DNA of 39,336 nt, taken from the NCBI GenBank assembly GCA_000320545.1, contig ADNK01000727.1, positions 1 to 39,336 on the forward strand, written 5' to 3'. The notes beneath the pieces were generated by a model, which was not told the DNA's origin, did no database searches, and saw only the letters and a program-made list of their open reading frames with translations. Numbering within the stretch: the stretch's first letter is position 1; each line of letters starts with the position of its first letter. Below are positions 1-12,024 of the stretch, piece by piece. The stretch is from Bigelowiella natans CCMP2755 (lineage: Eukaryota > Protista > Cercozoa). The translations under genes were made by a program, and so were the position numbers.

Positions 1-112
1 AGGAACGTCCGATGGTCAGGGGATTTCATCCCCGCACAACTCCCCCCACCATCGCCATAATCCTCCTCTCCCCACCTCGCCCTCCTCCTGTTACCACCAC
101 CCATGCACACGC

Positions 113-149
<37 letters not shown>
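113..149. repeat. (CA)n microsatellite, intronic
   Basis: Seen directly. Confidence 0.9.
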
Positions 150-150
<1 letters not shown>

Positions 151-165
151 ACACATCAGCTACAG

Positions 166-707
166 GGGGATGACATCGATGACGCTGCGCACAGGGCCAT
201 TGTTGGACTTGGCCGAATTTCTGCGCCTACCGGAGAGGCTCAGGCTGGATGATCTAGTGAGAATCCTGCTGCTGCTACTCGAGGCAACGTTCCTTACCAA
301 AGCAATGACAAGGTCGACGTTCAGTCCCACCTTACGGATCTTTTTCTCTCTCCCTCCCCCATTCCCCCCCCTCTCTCTCTCTCTCTCTGCCACTTCACAT
401 CATCACCCCTCCTCTTCTCTCCCAAACACACATGTCTTGAAGGGGGTTCTGCGCCCTTTCTCCTTTCTTCTCTTCTCCCTACTGGCAATCTCGTAGGAAG
501 CTCCTCGCGTGCCGCCCGCACCTCGACTTAGTCTTGTTCGTGCACGAGAGCAACCGAAAGGCGCTGCGCTTTCAACGATTCATCCACAACGAGGAATGGG
601 ACGACAAGAAAGGGGAGTCGCTACTGCAGCCGAAAACACCCTCATCAAAAGCATCACCGACGTCCCCGTCGTATTCGCAATCCTCATCCTCACCACCGCC
701 ACCCCCC

Positions 708-739
<32 letters not shown>

Positions 740-1133
740 AGCAATGTTTTATCACCTCTCGAAAGGCGTCTGGGACCTCGTGGTCTCCTACATGTACGAC
801 GCCGAGTGCGCCGCGGACGAGATCACGATTGAGCCCGACGTCGGCACCGTGTTGCGCCGCATGGACGTGCGCTTCCAAAATACCCAACAGCAGCACCGGC
901 CCTTTCGCTGGGAGACGTTGCCGCCGTTATCGAACGACAACCGGGGAGAGGAGGGGGGGGAGGATGGTGATGTTAAAGCTCATAACCGTGGCCCCCATTG
1001 TAGTCCCGACAGCTCTACATCGGATTTTTCTTCTTCTCGATATAGCAACGGGGCTCGTGAGGCGGCGACTACCGACTTCACCTCCTGGGATTCCACCGTT
1101 CGTGAGGAGGAGGATACCAGCTTCAAGTGGTGA
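166..1133 (+). CDS. 3' exons of an unidentified host gene (exons ~166-312 and 497-1133)
   Basis: Splicing GT at 313 to AG at 496 joins the 170-frame (MTLRTGPLLDLAEFLRL...) in frame to the 534-1133 ORF. The intervening DNA is pyrimidine/microsatellite rich. Stop TGA at 1131-1133. No family recognised. Confidence 0.55.
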
Positions 1134-1602
1134 TCTCGAGCCAGGGAGCCATCGTTTCTCATCTCATCAATGCCGTCTGCATAGCTCTGCTGCTACGCTG
1201 GCAACAGGCAGTAGTCTAGGCCTGGTATCATGAGCGTGGTCGATTTAGCTTATTCGACGAGAAAATGTAATTAGGCCTGCATCATAGCGACATGTAGCGG
1301 ATTTGTCTTTGTTGTGCACATCAATTGACCTTGAGATTCTACGCGCTCAAACGATCTAGCAATTGCTGGGCGCGCTGAGGCTTTGCGCACATGATGTGGC
1401 TGAAAGTGTGTGGCAATTCGTGCAACGTGCAGGTGAACATAACGCTAGCTAGCTAGAATCTAGGAATGCTTATCACAACGTAAGCAAGCTAAGGCCTACT
1501 AGCCTGCTAGCCTGTCTACTTGCTGCTTGCGTAACATAGCACACCTACAAATACACAATTTCTTTTAACTGTAGGATGACGTGCTACATTAGATCGTATG
1601 CA

Positions 1603-2679
1603 TCACAAAACATCCGGCACCCCAGCGATAACATCCACTCCGTCAAATTGTATGCATGGTAGTAGGGCGGTGATCGCAGCCTCTGCTGGTGCGCCAAAGA
1701 GAATCTCCCTCTCTCCCTCAAGTACATCTCGCACGTCATCCGACAAAGATATTTGCTCCGCTGAGTTTGTCATTTCCCGCTTGAGCTGCTTCCCCATCTC
1801 AGGCTGATGTTGAGGTACAAATATACTGAACCCGGGTCTCAAGCGCACGCGTCGTGGACGCATCAGACGCAAAGGATAACGGAGCAAAGGAGTGTATTTT
1901 TCGCATTCCGTTTCGGAATCGTCCATCGACAATAAACCCGAGAAACTCGGCAAGTTTAGTCCCCCGTTACTCCCTTGGTCTACTCTCTCCGGGCCACAGT
2001 CGTCGGATTGAATCGACGACGAAAGAGACGCACTGAGGCTGCTACCGCCAGACAAAGTAGTGTTCTGCCGCATCTTGTTATCAGCCAATAACCAATTGTC
2101 CCATCCCCAAACTCTTATGGTGTTGTCACTAAGAAACTCGAAGACACCGCCCCCCTTACTAAATTGTGTTTCTATCTGACGATTTCTTTCTTCGTCAAAG
2201 CCAAGAGAGCGGCTTTTCTCTCGGCTCCTATCCCCAGCTTCTGCAGATGATGTCTTCGGAGCATTCGTCGCCATGTAATCAATTGAGCCTTTGTAGGCTG
2301 GCAAGCCGAAGACCCTGCGTCCTGTGTCTACAGCGGCATCACTGCTAACCTGGCATGAGCAAATTCTAATAATTATACAAACGAGCGTGAGGAAAGAGCG
2401 AAAAATGCTGTACCACAATATGTGAGGCCCACGCTCCGATCTCGAAGCCCCTCGCAATGAGACCGCTAAGCACCGCAACTTCCCGGTAGTAGCCGATGGG
2501 AGAATCCTGCCATTCGACGACGAACACGCCGCCGAGTGTCCATCCAAACAGAGACAGCAACCGCAGCCGCGAGAAAAAGTGGCCAAAAACGCCGGTTGTG
2601 GGACTTTGGTTATCATCGCTTGGATTGTTGTCACCAATACCACCTACAGCAGCGGTATTATTTTCTCCATAGTAATTGC

Positions 2680-2715
<36 letters not shown>

Positions 2716-3124
2716 CATCATTGTTATTTTTATTATTGTTAGTATCATTACTAATGTAATCGATGGGGGTGACTCTGAGAGCTGCGTCGGATCGAACGAG
2801 CAGAGGCTGGTAAAGGACTCTCGCGTTCCTGAAGAACATCCCTCCGGGAGGGATCTCGAAGGGAGGGCGGGGAGATGGGGCGGGAGAATGATCGCATGCT
2901 GCTCGTATCCGCCGGCCTTGGCTGCAACGCTGCATCAAGTCCTTTCTACTACGTCGTGACCATCTGCTTATGATGGTGCGCTGTCGCGAGATCGTGCTCC
3001 GCGCATTTACAGACGTCGAGGATAGCCCACCTCCACCATGCGACGGCCGAGGGCTGCTCGAGACCGCGAAGAGGCACGTTGCCACAAGGACGACGGGCGC
3101 CCCCTGCCCCGGCCATGCGAGCAT
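1603..3124 (-). CDS. NXD1-like (neoxanthin-deficient 1 / acetoacetate decarboxylase-fold) protein with probable bipartite plastid-targeting leader; exons 3124-2414 and 2349-1603
   Basis: Motifs LYQPLLV, FGWTLGGVFVVEWQDSPIG, AWASHIVV-SS...GRRVFGLP, LPSFSG and LLRY resemble the NXD1 family. A 64-bp GT-AG intron (2413-2350) joins two ORFs in frame. The N-terminus is hydrophobic and followed by a Ser/Arg-rich stretch. Contains an (AAT)n poly-Asn tract at ~2680-2715. Confidence 0.72.
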
Positions 3125-3639
3125 CCGACAGCTACGGTGGTTTTTCGCCGAACGACAAGTTCACTCGCCTCTCTTTTTCCAAGTTTTTCTTGTCGCGCAG
3201 TGCGAAAAGGGTCATAATGCGCGAAAGCCTGGAATCCATGCTACTCCTGATAACAGGATGAAATCGGCGGGGAAGAGAGGCTTTTGGCAGCCGCAACGCT
3301 GTTTGGGACAGTACTGCTATTTAGTTTTGGACCAAAATTCGTGCGGATCATATCCTACAATAGCTTCTCTTGGTCTGGAGGCGAGCAGGGGAGCAGCAAA
3401 CGCCTAACCGGCGTCCAGTAGCAGACTAGGTAGCAGGTGGGCAAGGGGGGAAGGGGGGGGGGAGAGATAAACGGGTCGTACTGATTGCTAGCACCTTGCT
3501 AGCACCTTGCTGCTAGCAATCTGCATGATTTAAAGAAGCTGGCAAGTTCGTTCCCCACCTCATTAAAGAGCCACAGACCACTTCATCATCCTCGCCCTTT
3601 CTTTCAGATCAACTGGCAGGGCAAGAATCAACCACGGAT

Positions 3640-4760
3640 ATGGGGGATAATTTCAATTTCGGTGGAGGCGGAGGCTTTGGAGGCGGGGGCGGAGGCTTTG
3701 GAGGCGGGGGCGGAGGCTTTGGAGGCGGGGGCGGAGGCTTTGGAGGCGGGGATGGAGGCTTTGGAGGCGGGGGCGGAGGCTTTGGAGGCGGGGGCGGAGG
3801 CTTTGGAGGCGGGGGTGGAGGCTTCGGAGGCGGGGGTGGAGGCTTCGGAGGCGGCAGCGGAGGCTTCGGAGGCGGCAGCGGAGGAGGGTACAGTGAACTT
3901 TATTTATTGCATCTCAAACCTCGACCATGCAATCTATCAACATCACCAAAACGCGCCGTTGCATTTGCACATAGCATGATACATTGCCACCAATTGCCGG
4001 AAACCGCGCGAATTATTGACTCTAGAATGCGTCCTACTCTCTTACAGCAATGGAAACTCGGGCGGGGGCGTGGGTAATACCAAATAAATGTAGCAGGAAC
4101 GCAGTAATGATAGATGTTGGAGGAAAACGTAGAAGAAGACTTAAGAGGAAAAAAAGAAAGGGACACTACTACTTCTCTACTACTAGTAGTAGCAGCTGTT
4201 GTTGATGTTGTTGTAGGAAGAGAGAGGAGGGAAGGGAGAAAAAGTTTTGTAGAAACATTGGTTTTTATATCTCCGGGGCGGCGGGACAGGATGATCAACT
4301 GAGCTACTATCATCTTCATAGGAGGAGGCAATAGCGACATTGTCAAACAGATATCAAGCATTATAGCCGAGGCCCAAGCAGTATGCCCATAAACGAATAA
4401 TAAATGATAATAACAATAAATGGATAGTATATGAGGGAGGTGTGATAGTGGTGGGGCCCGCACACATTTTGTGGGTCGCGTGAAACTAGAAGCTGAAAAG
4501 GGTATCATCGTGATGGCGCAATACTTTCTTCCTCCTCTTTACTACCTTGCCCAACATTGCATATGCTTGCATCATCTTCTCCAGGGCCCAGGAGCTCAGT
4601 TTCACACGATCCTTTATAACCACAACCCGAAGGTGCATGTGATGTGCCCTGCCAACCCGTTACCTTTGAAGCGTTTCTCTTTGTGTGTCGCAGCGCCTCG
4701 CAAGCCGCCCACACCCCGTTAAAAACATACAAGCTATTCGAGTGTGTCTGGCCTGCTCTC

Positions 4761-4808
<48 letters not shown>

Positions 4809-5067
4809 CGCTATTGCTACCCCGAGCTTAGCAGTACCTTTAATTCACTGCTGCCACGATGATGATGTTCAGGAGGCGCGAGAGATAAACGGGATTGGCG
4901 GAAGGTATCCGAAGAAGCCTGCCAATTTGAATCGGGAGCAATGGCGAAAGGTACGCAGCAGAAAGAAAGACAAATCCACAACGAAATTGAAGCAGGAGGG
5001 CCTCTCAAATGCAGATTTTTTTAATTCGATATACAAACACAGTCATAAACAATACATATTATATACT

Positions 5068-5142
<75 letters not shown>

Positions 5143-5764
5143 CATCATACCGTCAGGCCCTCTTGAACAACCCTGACCCCGAAAATCTAGTTCCGATTCC
5201 TGTGAAGAGTTTCGAGGAGCTCAAGCGGAGAATCGATAAGGGCCAGAAACCCGTGAGTCAGTCTGTCAGTCAGTCAGTCAGTCAATCAGCTAGTCACGAA
5301 AGACGACTACGATGAGAAGAAGTAACCGAAGTCATGAGTTTGATAACACGATGCCACCATCCATATATTACCCAGGCTTTTAATGAGGGCAAGGAAAAGA
5401 TCAAAGAGCTAAAGGTGGAGAAGGATAATGAGTAGTAGTTACCTGTCCTTAGAGGGAGACTGCACAATTCATGTGAAGTTTCTAATCTGACAAATGTCTA
5501 CACCCCACCTTCCCTTCCTCTTCCTCCTCCTCCCGTTTCCATGACGCTAAAGCAAAAAATCCAGAATATGAAGATTAATCACGAGAATGCAGTGGAAAAG
5601 GTGATGGGGATTAGATCTTGCAATACCCCCACCTAGATACTAGCAATGAGTGTATTCGCGATTTTACACCGTAGTCATTAAATGAGGTTTGTCATCATCA
5701 TCATCATAAGCAGCAGCAGCAGCAGCATTCGCTCAGTAATTATATTGGGCGACGTGGGCATCTT

Positions 5765-5818
<54 letters not shown>

Positions 5819-6963
5819 TGCATGAATAAAGTCGTGTGTTGATGCGAACGGATGTTCTCTGTGCACACATGGCAGATTATTCCAGAGTTGAAGATGAAGC
5901 AGAATAAGCTCGCTCACAGGTTGTGTGCTGTGTTCTTCTGTTTGATCATAAATGACGGAAAAAAGAGGAGTATCTGAGAATAGTAATAACCGGCTCGGAA
6001 CACCTTGACAAAACGCACATGCAACATTGTGATAATAACCAACAGCCCTTGTCTATTCCCAAACTCAGCTGAATAATGACGACGACGATGATGATGATGA
6101 TGATGATGTTACGTTTGCTTAATCGTTTTGTGTAGACTTCTGAAGATAATGAGTGCTTTAGAGAGGTTGAGGGCGCAAAGGTAGCAATGCTGCTCCTACC
6201 TCACTCACTACAGATTACCAATAACATGAGGCACACAACGCAGTGAATGAGGTCGGAGAGTGTCCTAATTTTAGCTGATAAATGTGTAGATCTAGAATCC
6301 CGCTTATGTCAAAAGAGATCGACTACTTGAAGCAGTTGGTAAGTGCATGCAGATATCCATGCATCCTATCCCCCTCCCCCCCGTCCTGTCAATAATCACA
6401 TATTTGCAGATAATAAACATTGAAACGCACCCTTTCATTCTCTATTACCAGTTGTACTTACCCTATGACACAGGGGCTTCCGGGGAAAATCATGCATATC
6501 ATTAAATCATGAATGTCATTAACCACAATTATTTTTGTTAGATTCACATCAACAGGGAGCTGAAAAAACCGACGCAGTTCAAAGCCAAAGTACGTTTTTG
6601 TGTCCTCAGAACAAATACAGCAAGATTCGATTCGCCTAACGAAACATTCATTCTATATCTTCCACAGGTGGAGGAACTCGACTCGATTGTACGGATTCAA
6701 GAGGTGTTAGTCATATAGCTTCGTCAAATGTTAGTTGTATAGGAAGGCCAAGTATTTATTCGATTGATTTTTTTGTTTGATAGGATCTGGGAGGGGATTC
6801 TTCCGTCACCCTGGATAGTGAGAATCTCGACGTGATCCAGAAGTTCTTGAAGAAACAAACGGACGGCCTCAAATATCTCTCCAAAGTTCTTAGAGATGGC
6901 GAACGAGACCTGGGAATCATCGAGAGGGGTTTAGAATATGGGTCTGAACGCCCTTACTTCTAG
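3640..6963 (+). CDS. NUP54: Nucleoporin Nup54/Nup57-like, multi-exon
   Basis: Exon 1 encodes GGGGGF (FG) repeats. Later small GT-AG-bounded exons read ...EQWRK|ALLNNPDPENLVPIPVKSFEELKRR, matching the Nup54 W..A...NPDP...VP....F..L..R signature, followed by coiled-coil exons. The last exon (6784-6963) reads ...KFLKKQTDGLKYLSKVLRDGERDLGII...*. Exon boundaries were read by eye. Confidence 0.82.
3661..3880 (+). repeat. 18-bp coding tandem repeat (ggaggcgggggcggaggcttt-type) encoding FG repeats
   Basis: About 12 units seen directly. Confidence 0.9.
4756..4805. repeat. (CT)n microsatellite
   Basis: Seen directly. Confidence 0.9.
5070..5138. repeat. Compound (TA)n(TG)n microsatellite in a Nup54 intron
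   Basis: Seen directly. Confidence 0.9.
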
Positions 6964-7624
6964 CTTACTTCTAACTGCACGACAAATTTTAACAAATGTG
7001 CAAACCGGGTTTGATGCGATGGGCAGCGGGAATCCAGGAACACAACACACAGCTCTGTTAGACATAAATATGTGCATGCATGGCCATGATGATCGATGCA
7101 TGTGCTTGCATACGCACGGCTGCGCACCATTCTAGCACTTCTGCTGTGCAAGATCGTGTCCATTATTGCTAGATCTAGAGGTAATATGATTACAGAGATT
7201 GCTGTTGCGCACGTACTGCGCCATTGCTAGATTGCTAGCATTGCCCGCGTGCCCTGGCTAGCGCGATGCGATGACATGCACGACGCTGCACAACAATCAA
7301 AGTGCCTGCGATGCTGCTGGCGGACGCATCGCATGCTAGCATGTCTGCTAATTAATGCATGTGCTGCTACGCACGCACGCGTCAATGTTGTCTACTTGTA
7401 ATTGCACGTACGTGCCGTGCTAGCGTGCGATCAGCTGTAGCTAGCTAGCTAGCAGGCAGACTGCGCAGCACTTCATCAGACATCGCTGCCATAGTTGATC
7501 GATCGCACAGCATGTCAGACATCACATCAGCCTCACCATGTGTCACATGCAGCATTCTACTTGTTGTGTGTCACAGTCTCGACATGGATGTTCTGCCGCT
7601 GTGCTGCAACATGATGTTGTTGCG

Positions 7625-8169
7625 TGATGTGCGCCATGCCATCAGAGCTGCGCCATTTCTCTGCTGAGACGCTCAACCCCACAGCAAGCAGCAGCAGCAA
7701 GCTCAATCCTTTAGCTAGACAAGTTGCAATCCAAATGTCCTTCCACATGGATGCAGCTCAGCTTCAAGGACATCGATCCTTGAAGCACAATTTGGTCATT
7801 GGACATCAGTTTGGATGTAGCTCTGGTCATTGGACATCAGTTCAGATGTAGCTCCAGTCATCAGCGTAGACGCAATCCACCGGGAGCTAGCACTCCGTGG
7901 ATGTGGTCAGCACAGTGCAGTTGGCACGATGTGGTGACGACAATCCTCTGACGGGATGTCGTGGTCCTTGTCGCAAGGAACAATGTCGCGATCAGCGCCC
8001 TTGCGACAGCACATCACGTTGACACGTGCAGACAGCCGAAGCTTCTCGAAAGCTTCGGGAAACAATTCGGAACATCAATTTGCGCGCCAAATGCTGTCAA
8101 TGCGCAAACATGTGACGGAAGCAAAATCGTGATTGCAAGTGAAACAGACAAGTGCCTTCGCGCATTGCA
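7625..8169 (+). repeat. 5' LTR
   Basis: tgatgtgcgcc...cgcattgca, colinear with 33872-34416 with no indels. Confidence 0.96.
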
Positions 8170-8172
8170 AAT

Positions 8173-8188
8173 TGGCTTCCACTCCAGG
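8173..8188 (+). promoter_or_regulatory. Primer-binding site (TGGCTTCCACTCCAGG)
   Basis: Begins with TGG (complement of tRNA CCA) after a 3-nt spacer downstream of the 5' LTR. The cognate tRNA is not identified. Confidence 0.7.
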
Positions 8189-8220
8189 AAAATTTTTTTT
8201 GCCCCCCCCCGGACCCTCCC

Positions 8221-11200
8221 ATGACCCCTCTTGACACCGCCGTTGACGCTGCAGTGGCCTTCACGAAGGATCCCACCGACAGCAAGGCGGTGCAGCACGC
8301 CCTCAGCGCCCTCACGCCGAATCCCATCTTTTGCGAGTTGCTTTGTCAGGGTGTGGAGAAGGCCACGGACGCTCGCATGTTCAGAGCTTTCAGGTCAATG
8401 TTGATTGAGGCCATCCCGGAGGGACAACCTCGCCAAGCTGACGTTGGTGCTGCCAACTTGCAACTTTGGCGCACCTTCTTCGCTGCGGACAACGGCAACT
8501 CGTTGCCCGCAGACGATGCTGATGCTGTTGAGTCCCCCTCTGCTGATGGCAAACGGGGCCAGCAAGTGCAACCTGAAGTCAGAATTGAATCCACGAATGA
8601 CATCAACAAAGTCAGTGTCACCCTCCCGAAGTTCAATGGCTCGAGAGGCAAGTGTGCTCGTTGGTGGAAGAAGGTTGGAAAGACTTTGGAAAGTGCTCAC
8701 CCCGGTTTCGACTTGAAGGAAAAGAACCAGTGGTTGCCCACGATCCGGGGATGCCTTCAAGGACACCAATCGGGTTGCGAGAGACTCGAGCAATGCGAGG
8801 ATCGAGAACCCAAGTTGATTGGCACGGCAGACAAGTTGGATGTTTGCCTGCTCATGGAGAAGTTCGTGAAATCTCACGATCGGAACTCCAAGGACCACTT
8901 GCTTCAGGAGTGGCGGGCGCTGTCCCAGAACGATCGCGAGCTCATCGATGACTTCAAGACTCGCTTCTTCGGATCAGTCGCCGACCTGAAAGAGCAAGGT
9001 CACGTGATCCCACCTGATCAACTTTGTGATTGCTTCAGGGACACGTGCAAAGAGTCCGCCACTTTGCGCATCAAGAAGAAAGAAATCACCGACATCGATG
9101 CTGCTGTGGATCACATCGCGGAAATTGAAGCGAATGCTGTCAAAGGCACGTCGAAAGGTCTGCACAATGTGCCCCGATCTGATCGAGCCGGTGGAAATGA
9201 AGGCACGAAAGAGACGTTCACCGACAGAAAAGGTGAAGTTGGGTGCACCCATTGCTGCGGGTTGAAGCACGGGCAGTCCCAGTGTCATCGCCGCAAGAAA
9301 GGGAAACCCAAAATGACGTTGAAAGAGAGAATTGACTTGGAGGATCAAAGGGATGAACGCAGGAATGGTCACAACGGGAGAAAGGGAAACTTGAGGGGAA
9401 ACTTGAACAACGCATCTCAGGTTCTTCAGCAGCAGGCGGAGAAGCAGGGCAAAGCGATGAACACGTTGCCAACGATGCTCGGGGGAGGCAAGGAGGCTCC
9501 GCAGGAGCCGACCCTCCAGGACGTGCGTTCTGTGCTTCACGCTGCATCACCTTGCGAGGCCGCGGGGCCTCCTCCGGATGCCGCTGATGTCCCGCCCGTT
9601 GGTCCTGTGCCCAGCGCTGAGGATTGCAAACCAGCTTCAGCCCCCACCCCGACCCCTTCTCCACAAAGCGCTGACTCTCTTCACGGCAGCCGCAAAGTGT
9701 CCATGACGAACATCGGCTTGCGCAACTCAAAGGGACAGTTTGTCACCTTTGCTGCCCTCTGGGATTCTGGTGCCATGCCCGAGTCACGTGTCAACCTGCA
9801 CACAGTCAAGGCATTGGGCCCACAGAGGTTGGTTGAGGTGCATCGAGAAAATCACAAAAACGCTCAAGACCAGTCGACTTTCTCGACCATCGGTTCCATC
9901 GAGCTTGAGGTCAACCTGAATGGTGAGGTTGTGCCTCACACCTTCAAGGTTGCCCCTGTTCATGTGAACATTGTTCTGGGACAGGGATTTTTGGAATTGG
10001 TGGGAGGGGTCATTGATGTGGTGAACCACACTGTTGCCTGTCTCCGCTCATCGCGACGCGTCCAGCAACCTGTGATCAAAGTGTCGGAGTGGAAATCAGT
10101 CGGCAACATTGGAGCCAAGGATCATGTGAACAGTTTGCCGCCTCCTGAAGAATGCCGCAAGATGTGTCCAGGGAAGAACTTGCGCCAAACAGCGGAGATC
10201 CTCGAGCGGACCCCGCCGGACGATGACCCAACGGTGGAGCAGGGGCGGGAACGTGTGAAGCATTCACTCGATGCGAAGTGTGAAAGCATCACCGTGCCGA
10301 GAACTTCTCCTTCTCCGCACATTCGCCCTGTGCGCCTGCGACTCAAAGAGGGGCACGAGGACGTCATTGTCAATGCACCTCCTCGCCCGAGGCCGGACCG
10401 CGACTGGGACCGGATCGAGAACCAGGTTGCGGAGTGGGAGCGCCAAGGGAAAGTGGTCCCCACCACCTCTGCATGGAACACCCCGCATGTCGTCGCCGCC
10501 AAGTCTGCACCCCCTCATTTCAGACCAGCGCAAGACTGCAGGAGAGTCAATGAAGTGTTGGCACCTGTGAAGTTCCCGCTTCACCGGATCGATCTCATCG
10601 TCGATGATTTGGCGCGGAAAAAGATTGAATCCATTCTGGATCAGATGGAGGCACACATGCAGACGCCGGTCCACAAGAGGGACCAGTTCATGCTCGCCTT
10701 CAGCACGAGGAAGGGCAAGCACATGTTCACTGTGCTGCCCCACGGGACAAAGGTGTCCGGGGACCTGTGCACGCAGCGGAAGTTCGAGATCCAGTCCTCC
10801 GATGGCGGTTCCGTCCTCCTGTGGCATTTCACATTTTCACACGTTGATGATGACGCAGCAGGTGCGGACACGGTTGCAGCACACATTTTCATCATGCAGT
10901 GTGTGTTGGACAGGTTCCTGAAATTCGGGATGGTGATCCGTCCGGAGAAGTGCGAGTGGCTGAAAAAGGAAGTTGTGCATTTGGGTCATTTGGTTGGCGA
11001 CGGCATTGCACGCCCTGACCCCAAGAGCCTTGCCGCGTTTGACAGTCTTCCCAAACGCCCCCTGAACCACAAGGAGTTGCGTCGGTTCCTCGGCATGGCC
11101 CAGTGGCACCTCAAGCGCTTCGCCCCCGAATGTGCAGAATGTGCGGCCGTCCTTTCCTCCACCTGCAACAGAAAGCCCAATTCGGAAAGTCCTCTCGCGG

Positions 11201-11634
11201 CAACGTGGAACGCAGCCTGCCAGTCGGCGCATGATGGGATCATCGCTGTGTGCAAGTCTGACCTTCAGAACAAAGCATTCGACAAATCCTGCCGGTCCTC
11301 GCAGGTCTGGTTTGACTGGAGCAAGTCAGGCATCAGTGCGGTGCTGGTGCAAGATGGTGAGGTGGTTGGGGTGCATGGGCGAGCCTGCAATCCTGCAGAA
11401 TCTCGCCACTCCCCTGCCAAAGGCGAACTCCTCGCTTTCACCGAAGCCCAGCTCCACTTCCGTCCCCAGCTCCTCAGTCTGGATGGCTTCCTGATGGTGA
11501 CGGATCACCGACCGCTCCCAGGTGTCATTGAGAAATTGGATTCAGATGATGAGAACCTTGCCTCCCTCAGGGTCAAAACTGAGGAGTTCAGGGATGGGCG
11601 GACGCTGGTGCATGTCAAGGGCGACTCCAATCTG
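8221..11634 (+). pseudogene. Gag-Pol, 5' part (Gag with zinc knuckle, aspartic protease, RT, RNase H); hypermutated and interrupted
   Basis: CTHCCGLKHGQSQC knuckle; ALWDSGA protease; RT motifs DCRRVN, LPHG, HVDD (YxDD), HLGH; RNase H motifs DWS, ELLA, TDHRPL. No Tyr in the 1198-aa translation provided. Confidence 0.93.
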
Positions 11635-11635
11635 C

Positions 11636-11984
11636 AGCAGACTGCTACACCACACCCCACATTTGATTTCCCATCTGCCGTCAGCAGGGGAATGACACAA
11701 AATTTTCATTTCAAAAATTCACCTGCTGACGACCTACTGCTGAACTGAATTGTTAGAATGACATGGCAAAATTGCACGAGCATGACATGTCAAGTGTTCG
11801 ACATTTGATTTCCCATCAGCAATCAGTAGCAAAATGTGCGAAAATGCGCAACATGAAAGCTTCACCTACTGACGACCTGCTGCTGAACTGAATTGCTATG
11901 ATGACATGATGAAAATCACAGGCACAATTATCGAATCCCATGTGTTTTGTGAAAACAATCTTTGTTAAAAATGACATAGCAAAA
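11636..11984 (+). repeat. Left terminal inverted repeat of PLV
   Basis: agcagactgctacaccacacccc... is the reverse complement of 31984-32323 apart from 15 transitions and a 9-bp indel (counted by eye). Confidence 0.95.
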
Positions 11985-12024
11985 AATCATCGCAATGTTG
12001 CCCGTCACTATAGTCTTTGCAAGG

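Noticed and set aside
3661-3880. Possible CRISPR-like array or separate EAGAEAL repeat protein
   Set aside because: No unique spacers; it is the FG-repeat exon of Nup54 read in another frame.
5070-5138. (TA)n(TG)n compound microsatellites as products of the TA->TG mutator
   Set aside because: Such compounds are common in many eukaryotes and the adjacent TA tract is intact; nothing in this window links them to the mutator.
8221-11634. ADAR editing of the retrotransposon RNA
   Set aside because: Both A->G and T->C occur on the same strand, the LTRs differ reciprocally, and a DNA virus is equally affected.
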